Below are positions 9,498 through 17,784 of a stretch of DNA of 64,000 nucleotides, in pieces; positions within the stretch are counted from its first letter, which is position 1; every line of letters begins with the position of its first letter. Origin of the DNA: an uncultured Pseudomonadota bacterium (GTDB lineage Bacteria; Pseudomonadota; Alphaproteobacteria; Rs-D84); assembly GCA_902787305.1 (NCBI GenBank), contig CADAFS010000001.1, positions 16,980-80,979 on the forward strand, read 5' to 3'. The notes under the pieces were generated by a model, which was not told the origin of the DNA, searched no databases, and saw only the letters and a program-made list of their open reading frames with translations. The translations under genes and the position numbers were made by a program.

Positions 9498-10307
9498 ATG
9501 AAAGACATCAAAAATACAAATTGTGAAAATTGCTATATTTGTTCACGTAAACAAAAGTTTTGGGCATGGGTTTTGTTGTTTGGTATATTTGGTTGCGGGG
9601 TTATGACGGGGCTTTATCCATTGGGACATAAATTGGCCAATACGCCGGATTCCGCCGTAAAGACGGAATCAAAAGAACCGGATGCGGTTGTTGATTTGTC
9701 TGACCCGGAACCGCAAAAGCCGTGTGAAATAAATGAAAAGGTTTTGAAAACGCGTCTTGCACGGAACATAGATGATACGCACCCTGGTGCATTTACCGCA
9801 CACCAAAATAATATGTTGGTTTATAAACGGTTGTTTAATACGGGGTGTTTGGAAAACCGCGATTATTTTTCGGAAATGGCGGCAAATGAACGCATATATA
9901 TGGATGCACTTGCGGGGGTTGAAAAGAAAAACAACGAATCGGTGGAACGGCCGTGTCGTGAAATTGAAAGCGCGTTAAGTCGCCGAATTATTTCGGGGTG
10001 CGATACAAACCAATATGTTTCGGAATGTCATTTGAATAATGCCGAAGTTTATTCGAAACTTGCCGAAGACGGTTGCCCGGAAAATATCGAACGTTATCGT
10101 AAAAACGCGCTTGATGAATTGCAGATTGCGGACGGTGTTCGCATAAACGCAAGTGATATAAATCCGCGTGAAGTGCGTTCCACAATAAATACATATAAAA
10201 AATTACAGATGCAAAATGAAGCGCGCCGGTATTTGAACAAGGTTGAAAAAATGCTGGACCCGGGAATCGATTTCATAATGGAATTGCAAAAGGTCATAGA
10301 AGAATAA
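9498..10307 (+). CDS. Hypothetical membrane-anchored protein with two internal Cys-containing repeats
   Basis: 269 aa. N-terminal TM segment (FWAWVLLFGIFGCGVMTGLY). Repeats: PCEINEKVL...HQNNMLVYKRLFNTGCLEN and PCREIESAL...HLNNAEVYSKLAEDGCPEN. Confidence 0.55.
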   Translation: MKDIKNTNCENCYICSRKQKFWAWVLLFGIFGCGVMTGLYPLGHKLANTPDSAVKTESKEPDAVVDLSDPEPQKPCEINEKVLKTRLARNIDDTHPGAFTAHQNNMLVYKRLFNTGCLENRDYFSEMAANERIYMDALAGVEKKNNESVERPCREIESALSRRIISGCDTNQYVSECHLNNAEVYSKLAEDGCPENIERYRKNALDELQIADGVRINASDINPREVRSTINTYKKLQMQNEARRYLNKVEKMLDPGIDFIMELQKVIEE

Positions 10308-10320
10308 GAAAGGAAATAAT

Positions 10321-11031
10321 ATGAACATAAAAACAATCGGAATCTTTGCGGTCTTGTCGATTTTTGTGGCGGTGCCGGCGGTGCGTGCCGAAGAAGAATC
10401 TAATGAAGACCCCGCCGCGGTTGAATATGCGGATTATGAAGATTACGAGGTTTTTGATGATGTGCAAGAATTGATTGATGAAGAATTGACCGAAGCGGCG
10501 GTTGTGGCGGATGATATGGGGCAGGTTGTGGTTGAAAATGTCGAACCAGAAATTGTCGATGTCCCCGCACCGCGCGCCGTTGCGGACAGGTTATCGTGTG
10601 ATGAAATAAATACGCGTGTTTCGGAATTGCGAGAAGATGTCAAGGCATATCCGGAATTAAAGGCGGATTTGGAATATATGCTTTCGCGGCAACGTAATCA
10701 ATGCGCGCCGCGTGCCGCGCGCCGGCCGGTACATAACTATCGTAATGTGAACCCGGTTGCGGAAATTGAAATTCCCGAAGTGTCGGTATCCACGGAACCG
10801 CCCGCGGTGGAAAAAACGCCGGAAGAAATAGCCGCAGAAGAGGCCGCCGCCGAAGCCGCACGTCAGGCACAAGTAGCAGAAAATCGCACAAAGGGTTTGT
10901 GTGATGATGGCGAAAAACCGAATCAGTATGGGTGCTGTGCCGGCGAAGTGTTTAAGCAGGTTGAACATTTGAACTTTGCGTGTTGTCCAAAGGAAGGCGA
11001 TGGTGATTGTGTCGCATCGCGGAAAAAATAA
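10321..11031 (+). CDS. Secreted acidic protein with a C-terminal 6-Cys motif
   Basis: Signal peptide MNIKTIGIFAVLSIFVAVPAVRA, a long Glu/Asp-rich region, and C-terminus LCDDGEKPNQYGCCAGEVFKQVEHLNFACCPKEGDGDCV. Confidence 0.6.
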   Translation: MNIKTIGIFAVLSIFVAVPAVRAEEESNEDPAAVEYADYEDYEVFDDVQELIDEELTEAAVVADDMGQVVVENVEPEIVDVPAPRAVADRLSCDEINTRVSELREDVKAYPELKADLEYMLSRQRNQCAPRAARRPVHNYRNVNPVAEIEIPEVSVSTEPPAVEKTPEEIAAEEAAAEAARQAQVAENRTKGLCDDGEKPNQYGCCAGEVFKQVEHLNFACCPKEGDGDCVASRKK

Positions 11032-11033
11032 TC

Positions 11034-11381
11034 ATGGGGCGACAAGATATCATAAATTTTATAAATAAAAAATATAATGCGAATCCGGAATACCTTTGGC
11101 GTCGGTATCCGGATTTTTGCGTGTTTCGGCGCGCGGATAATAAAAAGTGGTTTGCGATAATTATGAAAATTTCGCGCGGAATACTAAAGATTCCCGGAGA
11201 AGGTGCGGTTGATATTATAAATGTTAAAACCGATAATGCGGAATTCTTGCGCGGGGTGCCCGGATTTTTGCCGGCGTATCATATGAACAAAAATAACTGG
11301 GTGACGGTTTTGATGGATGGCACAGTGCCGATTGGTAATGTTAAAAAGTTGATAGAAATGTCGTATAATGCAACGCAATAG
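11034..11381 (+). CDS. MmcQ/YjbR family DNA-binding protein
   Basis: Family-typical NPEYLWRRYPDFCVFRR..NKKWFAIIM ... YHMNKNNWVTVLMDG. The ATG at 11034 is preferred over the track start at 11007. Confidence 0.8.
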   Translation: MGRQDIINFINKKYNANPEYLWRRYPDFCVFRRADNKKWFAIIMKISRGILKIPGEGAVDIINVKTDNAEFLRGVPGFLPAYHMNKNNWVTVLMDGTVPIGNVKKLIEMSYNATQ

Positions 11382-11388
11382 AAAATGT

Positions 11389-11417
11389 TTGGAAACATGC
11401 GTGTTTTATGATATAAT
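11389..11417 (+). promoter_or_regulatory. Candidate sigma70 promoter for the 11438 gene
   Basis: TTGGAA-N17-TATAAT, about 20 nt upstream of the ATG. Confidence 0.45.
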
Positions 11418-11437
11418 TCCGTAAAAAGGAGTTAAAT

Positions 11438-11731
11438 ATGTCTTCGGATGCAAATACAAATGCTTTTGATATTGTTCGTTGGGTTTTGTTGGTGCCGATG
11501 TGGGTTGCGGTGTGGTTCTTTGTGCCGTATGCGTATTATAAGATTTTTGGCGTCGGCGCAAGTTGGTGGACCATTATGGTGGTGCCGTATACACTGACGA
11601 CGATTTTTGAATTTTTCGTGATGCGTGCGATGGCGCCGTCACACAAGAACGTATTCGCGATTCTTGCGGTGGTGTGCACGATATTGCTTAGTGTGTATTT
11701 GTATTACACTTTGTCGAATATGGCATATTAA
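11438..11731 (+). CDS. Small integral membrane protein (3 predicted TM helices)
   Basis: 97 aa, hydrophobic throughout. RBS AAGGAG upstream. Confidence 0.55.
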   Translation: MSSDANTNAFDIVRWVLLVPMWVAVWFFVPYAYYKIFGVGASWWTIMVVPYTLTTIFEFFVMRAMAPSHKNVFAILAVVCTILLSVYLYYTLSNMAY

Positions 11732-11754
11732 AATCGTGTACCATGATATGTTTT

Positions 11755-11786
11755 AACACCTGGTGCTTTTGGCCAGGTGTTTTTTG
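11755..11786. terminator. Bidirectional intrinsic terminator between convergent genes
   Basis: Stem AACACCTGG/CCAGGTGTT flanked by TTTT and TTTTT. Confidence 0.6.
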
Positions 11787-11792
11787 TTGATA

Positions 11793-12338
11793 TCAATCCC
11801 TTTTGGGTTTGTAAACGATTCGGTTTTGGGTCATGTAATCGCGCAGGACCGATTCGCCATGTTCGGGTTCGATATTGCCGTATACGGTGATATTCCGGCG
11901 TTTGAATTCGTTCAACCAATTTGGTTTGAAACCTTCATCAAATCCGGTTATTGATTCGACTACCTTGGATGTGATGCCAAAATATACCTCCCGAATGCCG
12001 GACCACATAATACCGCCCAAACACATAATGCACGGTTCCGCCGTCACATACAGCGACAGGTTATGTCCCGATAAATCGTATGTGTGCAGTAATTCTTCGG
12101 CGTCACGTATGGCGTTCATTTCGGCGTGGTTGTGACTGCAATTCATGGAAACCACACTGTTTGCGGTACGCACAATTTGTTTGCCGTCCGCGTCATAAAT
12201 CGCGGCTAAGAACGGACCGTGCCCGCGTGCGATATAGTTCGGCAATTCGTCGTATAATTCAGTAATGATTTTTTTTGCGCGCCTAAGTTTGCGTGCATCG
12301 ATTTTTTCGTTCGCAATTATGTTGTCTGTATTTCGCAT
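11793..12338 (-). CDS. Nucleoside deaminase (CMP/dCMP-type zinc deaminase superfamily)
   Basis: Zinc and catalytic motifs HAEMNAI and PCIMCLGGIMWSG. Confidence 0.8.
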   Translation of the reverse strand: MRNTDNIIANEKIDARKLRRAKKIITELYDELPNYIARGHGPFLAAIYDADGKQIVRTANSVVSMNCSHNHAEMNAIRDAEELLHTYDLSGHNLSLYVTAEPCIMCLGGIMWSGIREVYFGITSKVVESITGFDEGFKPNWLNEFKRRNITVYGNIEPEHGESVLRDYMTQNRIVYKPKRD

Positions 12339-12738
12339 TTTTTTGCCCCCGTAATCTTTGTGATAATTTTACGATTCGGTGCATAAAATCGCAAGTGATT
12401 TTGATAAAACCGATTCGGTAATTGGTATTTTTTTATATAAAAAATATGTTTTTTTATGGGCGATATTTTTTCCTATGATAAAAATTTTCCTTTATACCAA
12501 AAAGACAAAAACCCTAGGAAAATCAACGGGTGCGGCGGTTTTTGTGTGTTGTGATTTTTTGCATAATAAAAAAATATGCTTGTGCCCCATGTATCTGTTT
12601 GTTTTTAGGTGATTTATATAAATTTTTTTGTGTTGGTGTGTCTTTTTTGGGTTATCCGATGCATAAAAATAGGATAACCTAAATTTTCCTGGGAATGAAT
12701 ATAATGTGGGCATGGTTAACAAACAAAAGGAGATTACC

Positions 12739-12966
12739 ATGACTCATCAAGATATATGGCAAGCAATTGATAATTTCGCTTTTCAGCATAACATGTCCTG
12801 TTCAGGGTTGGCGAAATTTTCAGGATTAGATGCAACCACATTTAACAAGAGCAAGCGTTGGTCGAAATATGGGCAACCACGGTGGCCTTCGACAAACAGT
12901 ATTGCCAAGATATTAAATTCCACCGGAAAAACTATCGCAGATTTTATAAAATGTATCGGTGAATAA
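12739..12966 (+). CDS. Small helix-turn-helix transcriptional regulator (XRE/phage-repressor N-domain-like)
   Basis: 75 aa. CSGLAKFSGLDATTFNKSKRWSKYGQPRWPSTNSIAKIL resembles the stand-alone alphaproteobacterial HTH family. RBS AAGGAG. An inverted repeat GGTTATCC-N14-GGATAACC lies upstream at 12650-12679. Confidence 0.7.
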   Translation: MTHQDIWQAIDNFAFQHNMSCSGLAKFSGLDATTFNKSKRWSKYGQPRWPSTNSIAKILNSTGKTIADFIKCIGE

Positions 12967-13011
12967 AATATTTTTGTTTACAAAGGTTTTTGGTCGTGTA
13001 GGATACACCAT

Positions 13012-13914
13012 ATGTCGACATTAAAAACAAAAATAATTTTATTGAAAGAATTACTGGCACTAAAAGAGGTTGTTGATAAGGGCAGTATTCAAATCGCCGC
13101 GGGTGAAAACGGGATTAAAAATTCCAACATGTCGCAAATGATTCGGGATTTAGAGCATAGGTTTAATACTAAACTTATCAACAGGGGCGCGAGTGGCAGT
13201 TTACCAACAAATTCTGCGCAACTTATATACAATGATATATGTGCAATAGAAGAAGAGATTGCCAAGATTTCTGAAAATTTTGTGGATATGGACGCACTGT
13301 CGGGGTCTATGTCTGTGTGGACCGAGGAGGGTTTGTTCGGAAGTTTTGTTTTGAAAGATTTGTCGGAATTTTATGCAAAGTATCCAAAGATTCGTTTGGA
13401 ATTATTTATGCGGCATGAACCTGACATTTCCACAATGGATATTTTAATTATTAAACCAAAGTTGCATCCAAATGTTCATGGAACGGTTTTGTTCAAATTC
13501 AAAACTCATTTGAAATTTTATACCAGTAAAAAATATCTGGCCGAACATGGAATGCCAAAAAATATAAATGATTTATTGGAAAATCATGATTTGTGCATGG
13601 TCTATCGTTATATGAATTTACCGGAATGTCAAAGTATTATAAAACGTGCAAAACATTTGAATACTACATCTGATTCGTTGGCGTTGATATATCGGTTGGT
13701 GAACGATGGTGACGGTATTACCGTTTTCCCGTCGTGGTTCCAAGAAAGCAGCGAAAAATTGGTCTGTTTGGATAACCTGGATTTTGAATATGAAATGGAA
13801 ACCCAGTGTATTTGTCGAACGGAAATCGCGGAATCACCAAAGGTTGGTGCATTTGTAAATTTCTTTATGGATTTCTGCAAGGGCCACAAAGTGCCGATTG
13901 ATATTTATTATTGA
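13012..13914 (+). CDS. LysR-family transcriptional regulator
   Basis: N-terminal HTH (LLALKEVVDKGSIQIAAGENGIKNSNMSQMIRDLEHRFNTKLINRG) plus a substrate-binding-type C-domain. The DNA is very AT-rich. Confidence 0.8.
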   Translation: MSTLKTKIILLKELLALKEVVDKGSIQIAAGENGIKNSNMSQMIRDLEHRFNTKLINRGASGSLPTNSAQLIYNDICAIEEEIAKISENFVDMDALSGSMSVWTEEGLFGSFVLKDLSEFYAKYPKIRLELFMRHEPDISTMDILIIKPKLHPNVHGTVLFKFKTHLKFYTSKKYLAEHGMPKNINDLLENHDLCMVYRYMNLPECQSIIKRAKHLNTTSDSLALIYRLVNDGDGITVFPSWFQESSEKLVCLDNLDFEYEMETQCICRTEIAESPKVGAFVNFFMDFCKGHKVPIDIYY

Positions 13915-13961
13915 TGCGCGGGGTAAAGTTTTCTGGAATACGTTACATATCATTGATAAAA

Positions 13962-14207
13962 TTATTTCCAAAAATGTCTTTTTGCGAATGCGTATCCGGA
14001 ACCTGTTTTAAGGTATTGTTCAAATTCCAAAGCGGCGTCTTTGGAACTAAATGCAAAATAATTTACCAATTCCCAAGGTTTATATTTTGCTGTATGTATT
14101 GAATATCCTGCATTATGTTGCTTTAATCGTCGTTTCAAATCATCAGTTTGCCCGATGTATTTTTTTTCTGGATGGAAAATACTTTTTATAAGATAGACGT
14201 AGAACAT
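13962..14207 (-). CDS. GIY-YIG nuclease family protein (UPF0213-like)
   Basis: MFYVYLIKS...KKYIGQTDDLKRRLKQHN. The ATG at 14207 was chosen. Confidence 0.8.
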   Translation of the reverse strand: MFYVYLIKSIFHPEKKYIGQTDDLKRRLKQHNAGYSIHTAKYKPWELVNYFAFSSKDAALEFEQYLKTGSGYAFAKRHFWK

Positions 14208-14307
14208 GTGATTTTGGTCCCCCTTCGTTAAAACTTCGGGCGACACGCGAGTTTGGTTAATGTTCTGTATTTTTTGTTGACAGCACTAGCTTTTGTGGTA
14301 ATATTCA

Positions 14308-14835
14308 ATGCGAATCGTGTTATTAAAAGGTATAATTATGTTATTGTCAAACGAAAATAACCTCATGCTGTTACAATTAATGGATGATAAAGAAGTAAAA
14401 ATTAGATTTGAGCACTCTTATGCAGTGTGCAAAGTAGAGCTGCGTACGGATTATTGGTGGGATTCTTTTTATAGAAAACTGAAAGAGAGCAAAATGGAAG
14501 TTCCTGTATATCCAAGGAGCGTTTTGGGACACGAATATGAGAAAATCGTGTTTGATAAGTATCAATTGTTTAAGAAAAACAAACACGTGTGCACCATAGG
14601 TAAAGAAACGTGTACTGATGGTTTTCAATTAAAGGGAAATCATATATACTACTATGTTTGGTGGCCGGGTGTTGGTAAATTGCAGTCTTTGGACAGTAAC
14701 TTATATAATCGGGCAATGCGAGTTTGCACAGAACAACAGGAAGAGGAAAACAGAGTAAAAATAGAAAAAGAATCGCAACCAGCAAATTCGATGATAGCAA
14801 AAGTTTTATCAGATAGCTTGCGACACACAATGTAA
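14308..14835 (+). CDS. Hypothetical protein
   Basis: 175 aa, AT-rich, no recognised motif. An alternative start at 14338 has a better RBS. Confidence 0.45.
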   Translation: MRIVLLKGIIMLLSNENNLMLLQLMDDKEVKIRFEHSYAVCKVELRTDYWWDSFYRKLKESKMEVPVYPRSVLGHEYEKIVFDKYQLFKKNKHVCTIGKETCTDGFQLKGNHIYYYVWWPGVGKLQSLDSNLYNRAMRVCTEQQEEENRVKIEKESQPANSMIAKVLSDSLRHTM

Positions 14836-15168
14836 ATCATAATATCTTGCCCACACACCACAACCACATTGAACGAATGTATAAAGCGGGGTAGATTATT
14901 GTTGTAAATCTAGCCTTTTTATCGGTTCGAATGTTTTTGGCGATTTATAAGTAGTTCGAAAGTGTGGATAATTACATAATTTTTATAAAAATTACTTTCG
15001 AACTTACCAAAGTCTTATATTTTTGCTCTCTGGAATGCGCACGGGTGCCTCGATACACAATAACAAAAATCAAAAAAATCTCCGCGGGTCGATTTTTTAA
15101 GATTTTTCTAATTGTGTATTCTCGTATTGGTGCTGCGCCCGACGGGCTCGCACCGATCCGTGCGCGAC

Positions 15169-15201
15169 CAAAAATTGAACCACCCGTAAGGGGTGGTTGA
15201 A
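15169..15201 (-). terminator. Intrinsic terminator downstream of tRNA-Gln
   Basis: 8-bp stem AACCACCC/GGGTGGTT with loop GTAAG, followed on the minus strand by TTTTTGG. Confidence 0.7.
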
Positions 15202-15205
15202 TTTT

Positions 15206-15279
15206 TGGTTGGGGCGCACGGATTCGAACCATGATAAAGAGAACCAAAATCTCTTGTCCTACCATTAGACGACACCCCA
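15206..15279 (-). tRNA. tRNA-Gln (anticodon UUG), CCA encoded
   Basis: Hand-folded cloverleaf. Acceptor TGGGGTG/CGCCCCA, D arm GTCT..GGAC, anticodon stem AGAGA/TCTCT with loop TTTTGGT, T arm CATGG-TTCGAAT-CCGTG, then A-CCA. Confidence 0.9.
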
Positions 15280-15291
15280 AAAGTGGTCTTG

Positions 15292-15319
15292 ATTATAGTA
15301 GGTTTTCTGATTTTTGCAA
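15292..15319 (-). promoter_or_regulatory. Sigma70-type promoter for tRNA-Gln
   Basis: TTGCAA-N16-TATAAT on the minus strand, about 13 nt upstream of the mature 5' end. Confidence 0.6.
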
Positions 15320-15348
15320 TAATAAAATAATTTTTGTTATTTTAGGAC

Positions 15349-15376
15349 TTGATTTTTAATCGTTAAAAATTATAAT
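15349..15376 (+). promoter_or_regulatory. Sigma70-type promoter of the marR-efflux operon, with a palindrome in the spacer
   Basis: TTGATT-N16-TATAAT. The spacer contains the palindrome TTTAATCGTTAAA, a plausible MarR operator. Confidence 0.55.
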
Positions 15377-15408
15377 AATTGTCGGTTTTAATAAAGCAGG
15401 GGGTTAAA

Positions 15409-15858
15409 ATGGCTCATAAAGAGTTGGTTTCTTTGATGTGGAAAAATATTTTGTCGTTCGCAAAATTGTCCGAACGCATAAACCGCAGTCAGATGTCGTT
15501 TAGCGATTATTCGCGGACACAAATGCAATTGTTGATTCGCCTGTACCTTGGGGGGCGGGTGCGGTTAAAGGATTTGGCGGCGCGCGAATTTGTGCCGGCA
15601 CCAAATTTGTGCACGGCGTTTCGTAAAATGGAACACGATGGTTTGGTTTTACGTGCGGTGGACGAAGATGATAGGCGCAATACATGGTATTCGGTTAGCG
15701 AACGCGGGGCCCAGGTTGCGGCGGAAATAATTGAAATGTTGCACAATGCAATTGGTTCTATGTTCACCGATATTGATAAAAAGGACGAAGAAGAATTGGT
15801 TCGTTCTTTCAAATCTATGAATGAAATTTTGGCAAAGTTGGAGGCGAAAAATGCGTAA
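15409..15858 (+). CDS. MarR-family transcriptional regulator
   Basis: Winged-helix region LKDLAAREFVPAPNLCTAFRKMEHDGLVLRAVDEDDRRNTWYSVSERG. The ATG at 15409 follows the predicted promoter. Confidence 0.8.
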   Translation: MAHKELVSLMWKNILSFAKLSERINRSQMSFSDYSRTQMQLLIRLYLGGRVRLKDLAAREFVPAPNLCTAFRKMEHDGLVLRAVDEDDRRNTWYSVSERGAQVAAEIIEMLHNAIGSMFTDIDKKDEEELVRSFKSMNEILAKLEAKNA

Positions 15859-17170
15859 AATTTTTGGTTGTCTTTTTGCGCTATACGCCGGATTTTGCTG
15901 TATAGACGGTTTTGCGATGGATTTGTCACTGGATGATGCGGTGCAAAAAATTGTCGCCGAATCGCACGATTTGAAAAAGGCCAATGCCAATGTTAAAAAG
16001 GCCCAGGCATCTTTGGACGCGGTAAATGCCAATCGTTGGTTTAGTATCGAAGGAACGGCGTCTTATATGAATTTAATCAATGTTGAAAAACCATTTGATT
16101 CTTTCAATGTAAAATTGCCGCCGGAACTTGGCGGATTGGTGCCGCAATTGGCCGGGGTGGAAAATATAGATGTGCCGGATAATATATTTATGGCGGGTGT
16201 GACGGTGACACAACCGATTTATACTTTTGGAAAAATCGGTAATGCGGTGGACAGTATGCGCAACGCAATAAAGATGAGTGAATATAGCAAGGAAATGGTT
16301 CTGCGTGAGGTTCGATATAGCGCGGCGGATTTGTATTGGACCGCGAAAATGACCGATGAAATCGTTGAAATTGCGCGTAAAAACCTAAATGACGCGGTTG
16401 GGGCAAAAAAGAAACTGACCGGGGCGGGGCGTGCAAATCGTGGTAATTTGGTGAAAATAGAATCTGATATCGCAACCAAAGAAATCAATCTTTCGGACGC
16501 GGAATTTAATCGCGATACCGCGCATCGAATGCTAAAAATTTTGGCGGGGATTGATATAGATGAACCGTTAAATTTGACCGATGAATTTCCAGAAACTTTC
16601 CCGGAAATGGAAAGCAAAAAACTTTCCAATACCCCGGAATGGCAGATATTGGACCAGCAAGTAAAGATGTATGAATCCAAAGCATCATCAAATCGCGCAA
16701 ACGGTTATCCAACACTTGCGGCGGTTGGTTCCTATGATTATGTGACGATGGATAAAGATTTCAAAAATATGTTTAATAGTAGTGGAGAGCAGGCCGCGTA
16801 TGTGGGGCTTGCGTTAAAAGTTCCGATTTTTAGTGGTGGGGTCAATCGTGCAAATGCGACAATTGATGTGATGAATGCAGAGGCCGCACGGCAAGATTTG
16901 GACAAGTCCAAAAAAATCACATCTGAAAAATACGAAAATGCGATAAAGCAATATAATCATTTGCGTGACAACTTGGGGGGGCTTGTCAATGCGCGGAATT
17001 TGGCGGCCAAGGCGTATGGTTTTTCACTTGATAGATTTGCGGCCGGGCAAACATCGGCGGTGGAATTGGCGGATGTATCAAGTGGGCTTTATCAATTGGA
17101 TATCGCGCTTCTTAATGCGAAATACAAGATTTTAATGTCGGCGGAATCAATCAAAAAACTTGGTGAATAA
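15851..17170 (+). CDS. TolC-family outer-membrane efflux protein
   Basis: Signal peptide MRKIFGCLFALYAGFCCIDGFA. Two-repeat OEP architecture (LSLDDAV..., QPIYTFGK, VPIFSGG). It overlaps the marR stop by 8 nt. Confidence 0.85.
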   Translation: MRKIFGCLFALYAGFCCIDGFAMDLSLDDAVQKIVAESHDLKKANANVKKAQASLDAVNANRWFSIEGTASYMNLINVEKPFDSFNVKLPPELGGLVPQLAGVENIDVPDNIFMAGVTVTQPIYTFGKIGNAVDSMRNAIKMSEYSKEMVLREVRYSAADLYWTAKMTDEIVEIARKNLNDAVGAKKKLTGAGRANRGNLVKIESDIATKEINLSDAEFNRDTAHRMLKILAGIDIDEPLNLTDEFPETFPEMESKKLSNTPEWQILDQQVKMYESKASSNRANGYPTLAAVGSYDYVTMDKDFKNMFNSSGEQAAYVGLALKVPIFSGGVNRANATIDVMNAEAARQDLDKSKKITSEKYENAIKQYNHLRDNLGGLVNARNLAAKAYGFSLDRFAAGQTSAVELADVSSGLYQLDIALLNAKYKILMSAESIKKLGE

Positions 17171-17172
17171 TC

Positions 17173-17772
17173 ATGAAGATATTTGGTAAAAAATTTGATG
17201 ATAAAAAATTAAAGAAAAACGTCTATACGGCGGTTTTTGCTGTATTGGCGCTTTGGTTTATATATCGTTTTGTTATGGTTGCAATTGAATCGCGTATGGT
17301 TGTTTTTAACCCGATGCGCGCGGCGGAACAAAACGGAATTGTTGTTGATACGATCGTCGCCGAACAAAAAAGTGGAATTATAAAAACGCCGCTTTCGGTT
17401 GAAAATAATCGGGCGTATGTTTCGGGCGCGCATCGTCGTGGATTAAAGGTTGGGCAAAAAGTTGCGAACGGTGAAATCGTTTTTGTTGCGAATAGTTTAG
17501 ACCTTGATACCGGAATGTATGTGGTTAAAACAAAAAATGTTGATGATGGTGTTGTATATGTCGAATCAGAATGTAATGGATTTTTTATTCCAACCTATGC
17601 GGTGCGCGAATCGCAAGTTATGCGTGCGGAATCAGGGGTGGCGGTTGCGGTGCCGGTGACCGTGAATGCAAGTGATTCAGAATTTTCGTGTGTTTCCGGT
17701 GAAATCAAAGACGGTGATATTATTGTGCTGTCCAAGGTTGAACCAAATCAAAAAATAAATGTTCAAAAGTAA
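17173..17772 (+). CDS. Short periplasmic adaptor-like protein (miniature membrane-fusion protein)
   Basis: 199 aa. N-terminal TM anchor, then beta-rich segments like the MFP barrel/lipoyl parts (LKVGQKVANGEIV, GFFIPTYAV, GDIIVL). No room for an alpha-hairpin. It sits between tolC and the RND pump. Confidence 0.5.
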   Translation: MKIFGKKFDDKKLKKNVYTAVFAVLALWFIYRFVMVAIESRMVVFNPMRAAEQNGIVVDTIVAEQKSGIIKTPLSVENNRAYVSGAHRRGLKVGQKVANGEIVFVANSLDLDTGMYVVKTKNVDDGVVYVESECNGFFIPTYAVRESQVMRAESGVAVAVPVTVNASDSEFSCVSGEIKDGDIIVLSKVEPNQKINVQK

Positions 17773-17784
17773 AAGGGTGTGGAT

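Noticed and set aside
12340-12705. The 370-bp AT-rich intergenic region with an inverted TTATCC pair and two CGATTCGGT direct repeats as a replication origin
   Set aside because: There are only two partial DnaA-box-like half sites and no dnaA/hemE/parAB context. It is more simply a divergent promoter/operator region for the deaminase and HTH genes.
14921-15010. GGTTCGAA-containing strings as a duplicated tRNA-Gln 3' end (att site) marking an integrative island
   Set aside because: The similarity to the tRNA T-arm (GGATTCGAACC) is only 7-8 nt and there is no integrase gene, so this is insufficient for an att call.
14972-15280. 102-aa minus-strand ORF and 78-aa plus-strand ORF near 15 kb
   Set aside because: They overlap tRNA-Gln, its terminator and the palindromic repeats, so they are not coding.
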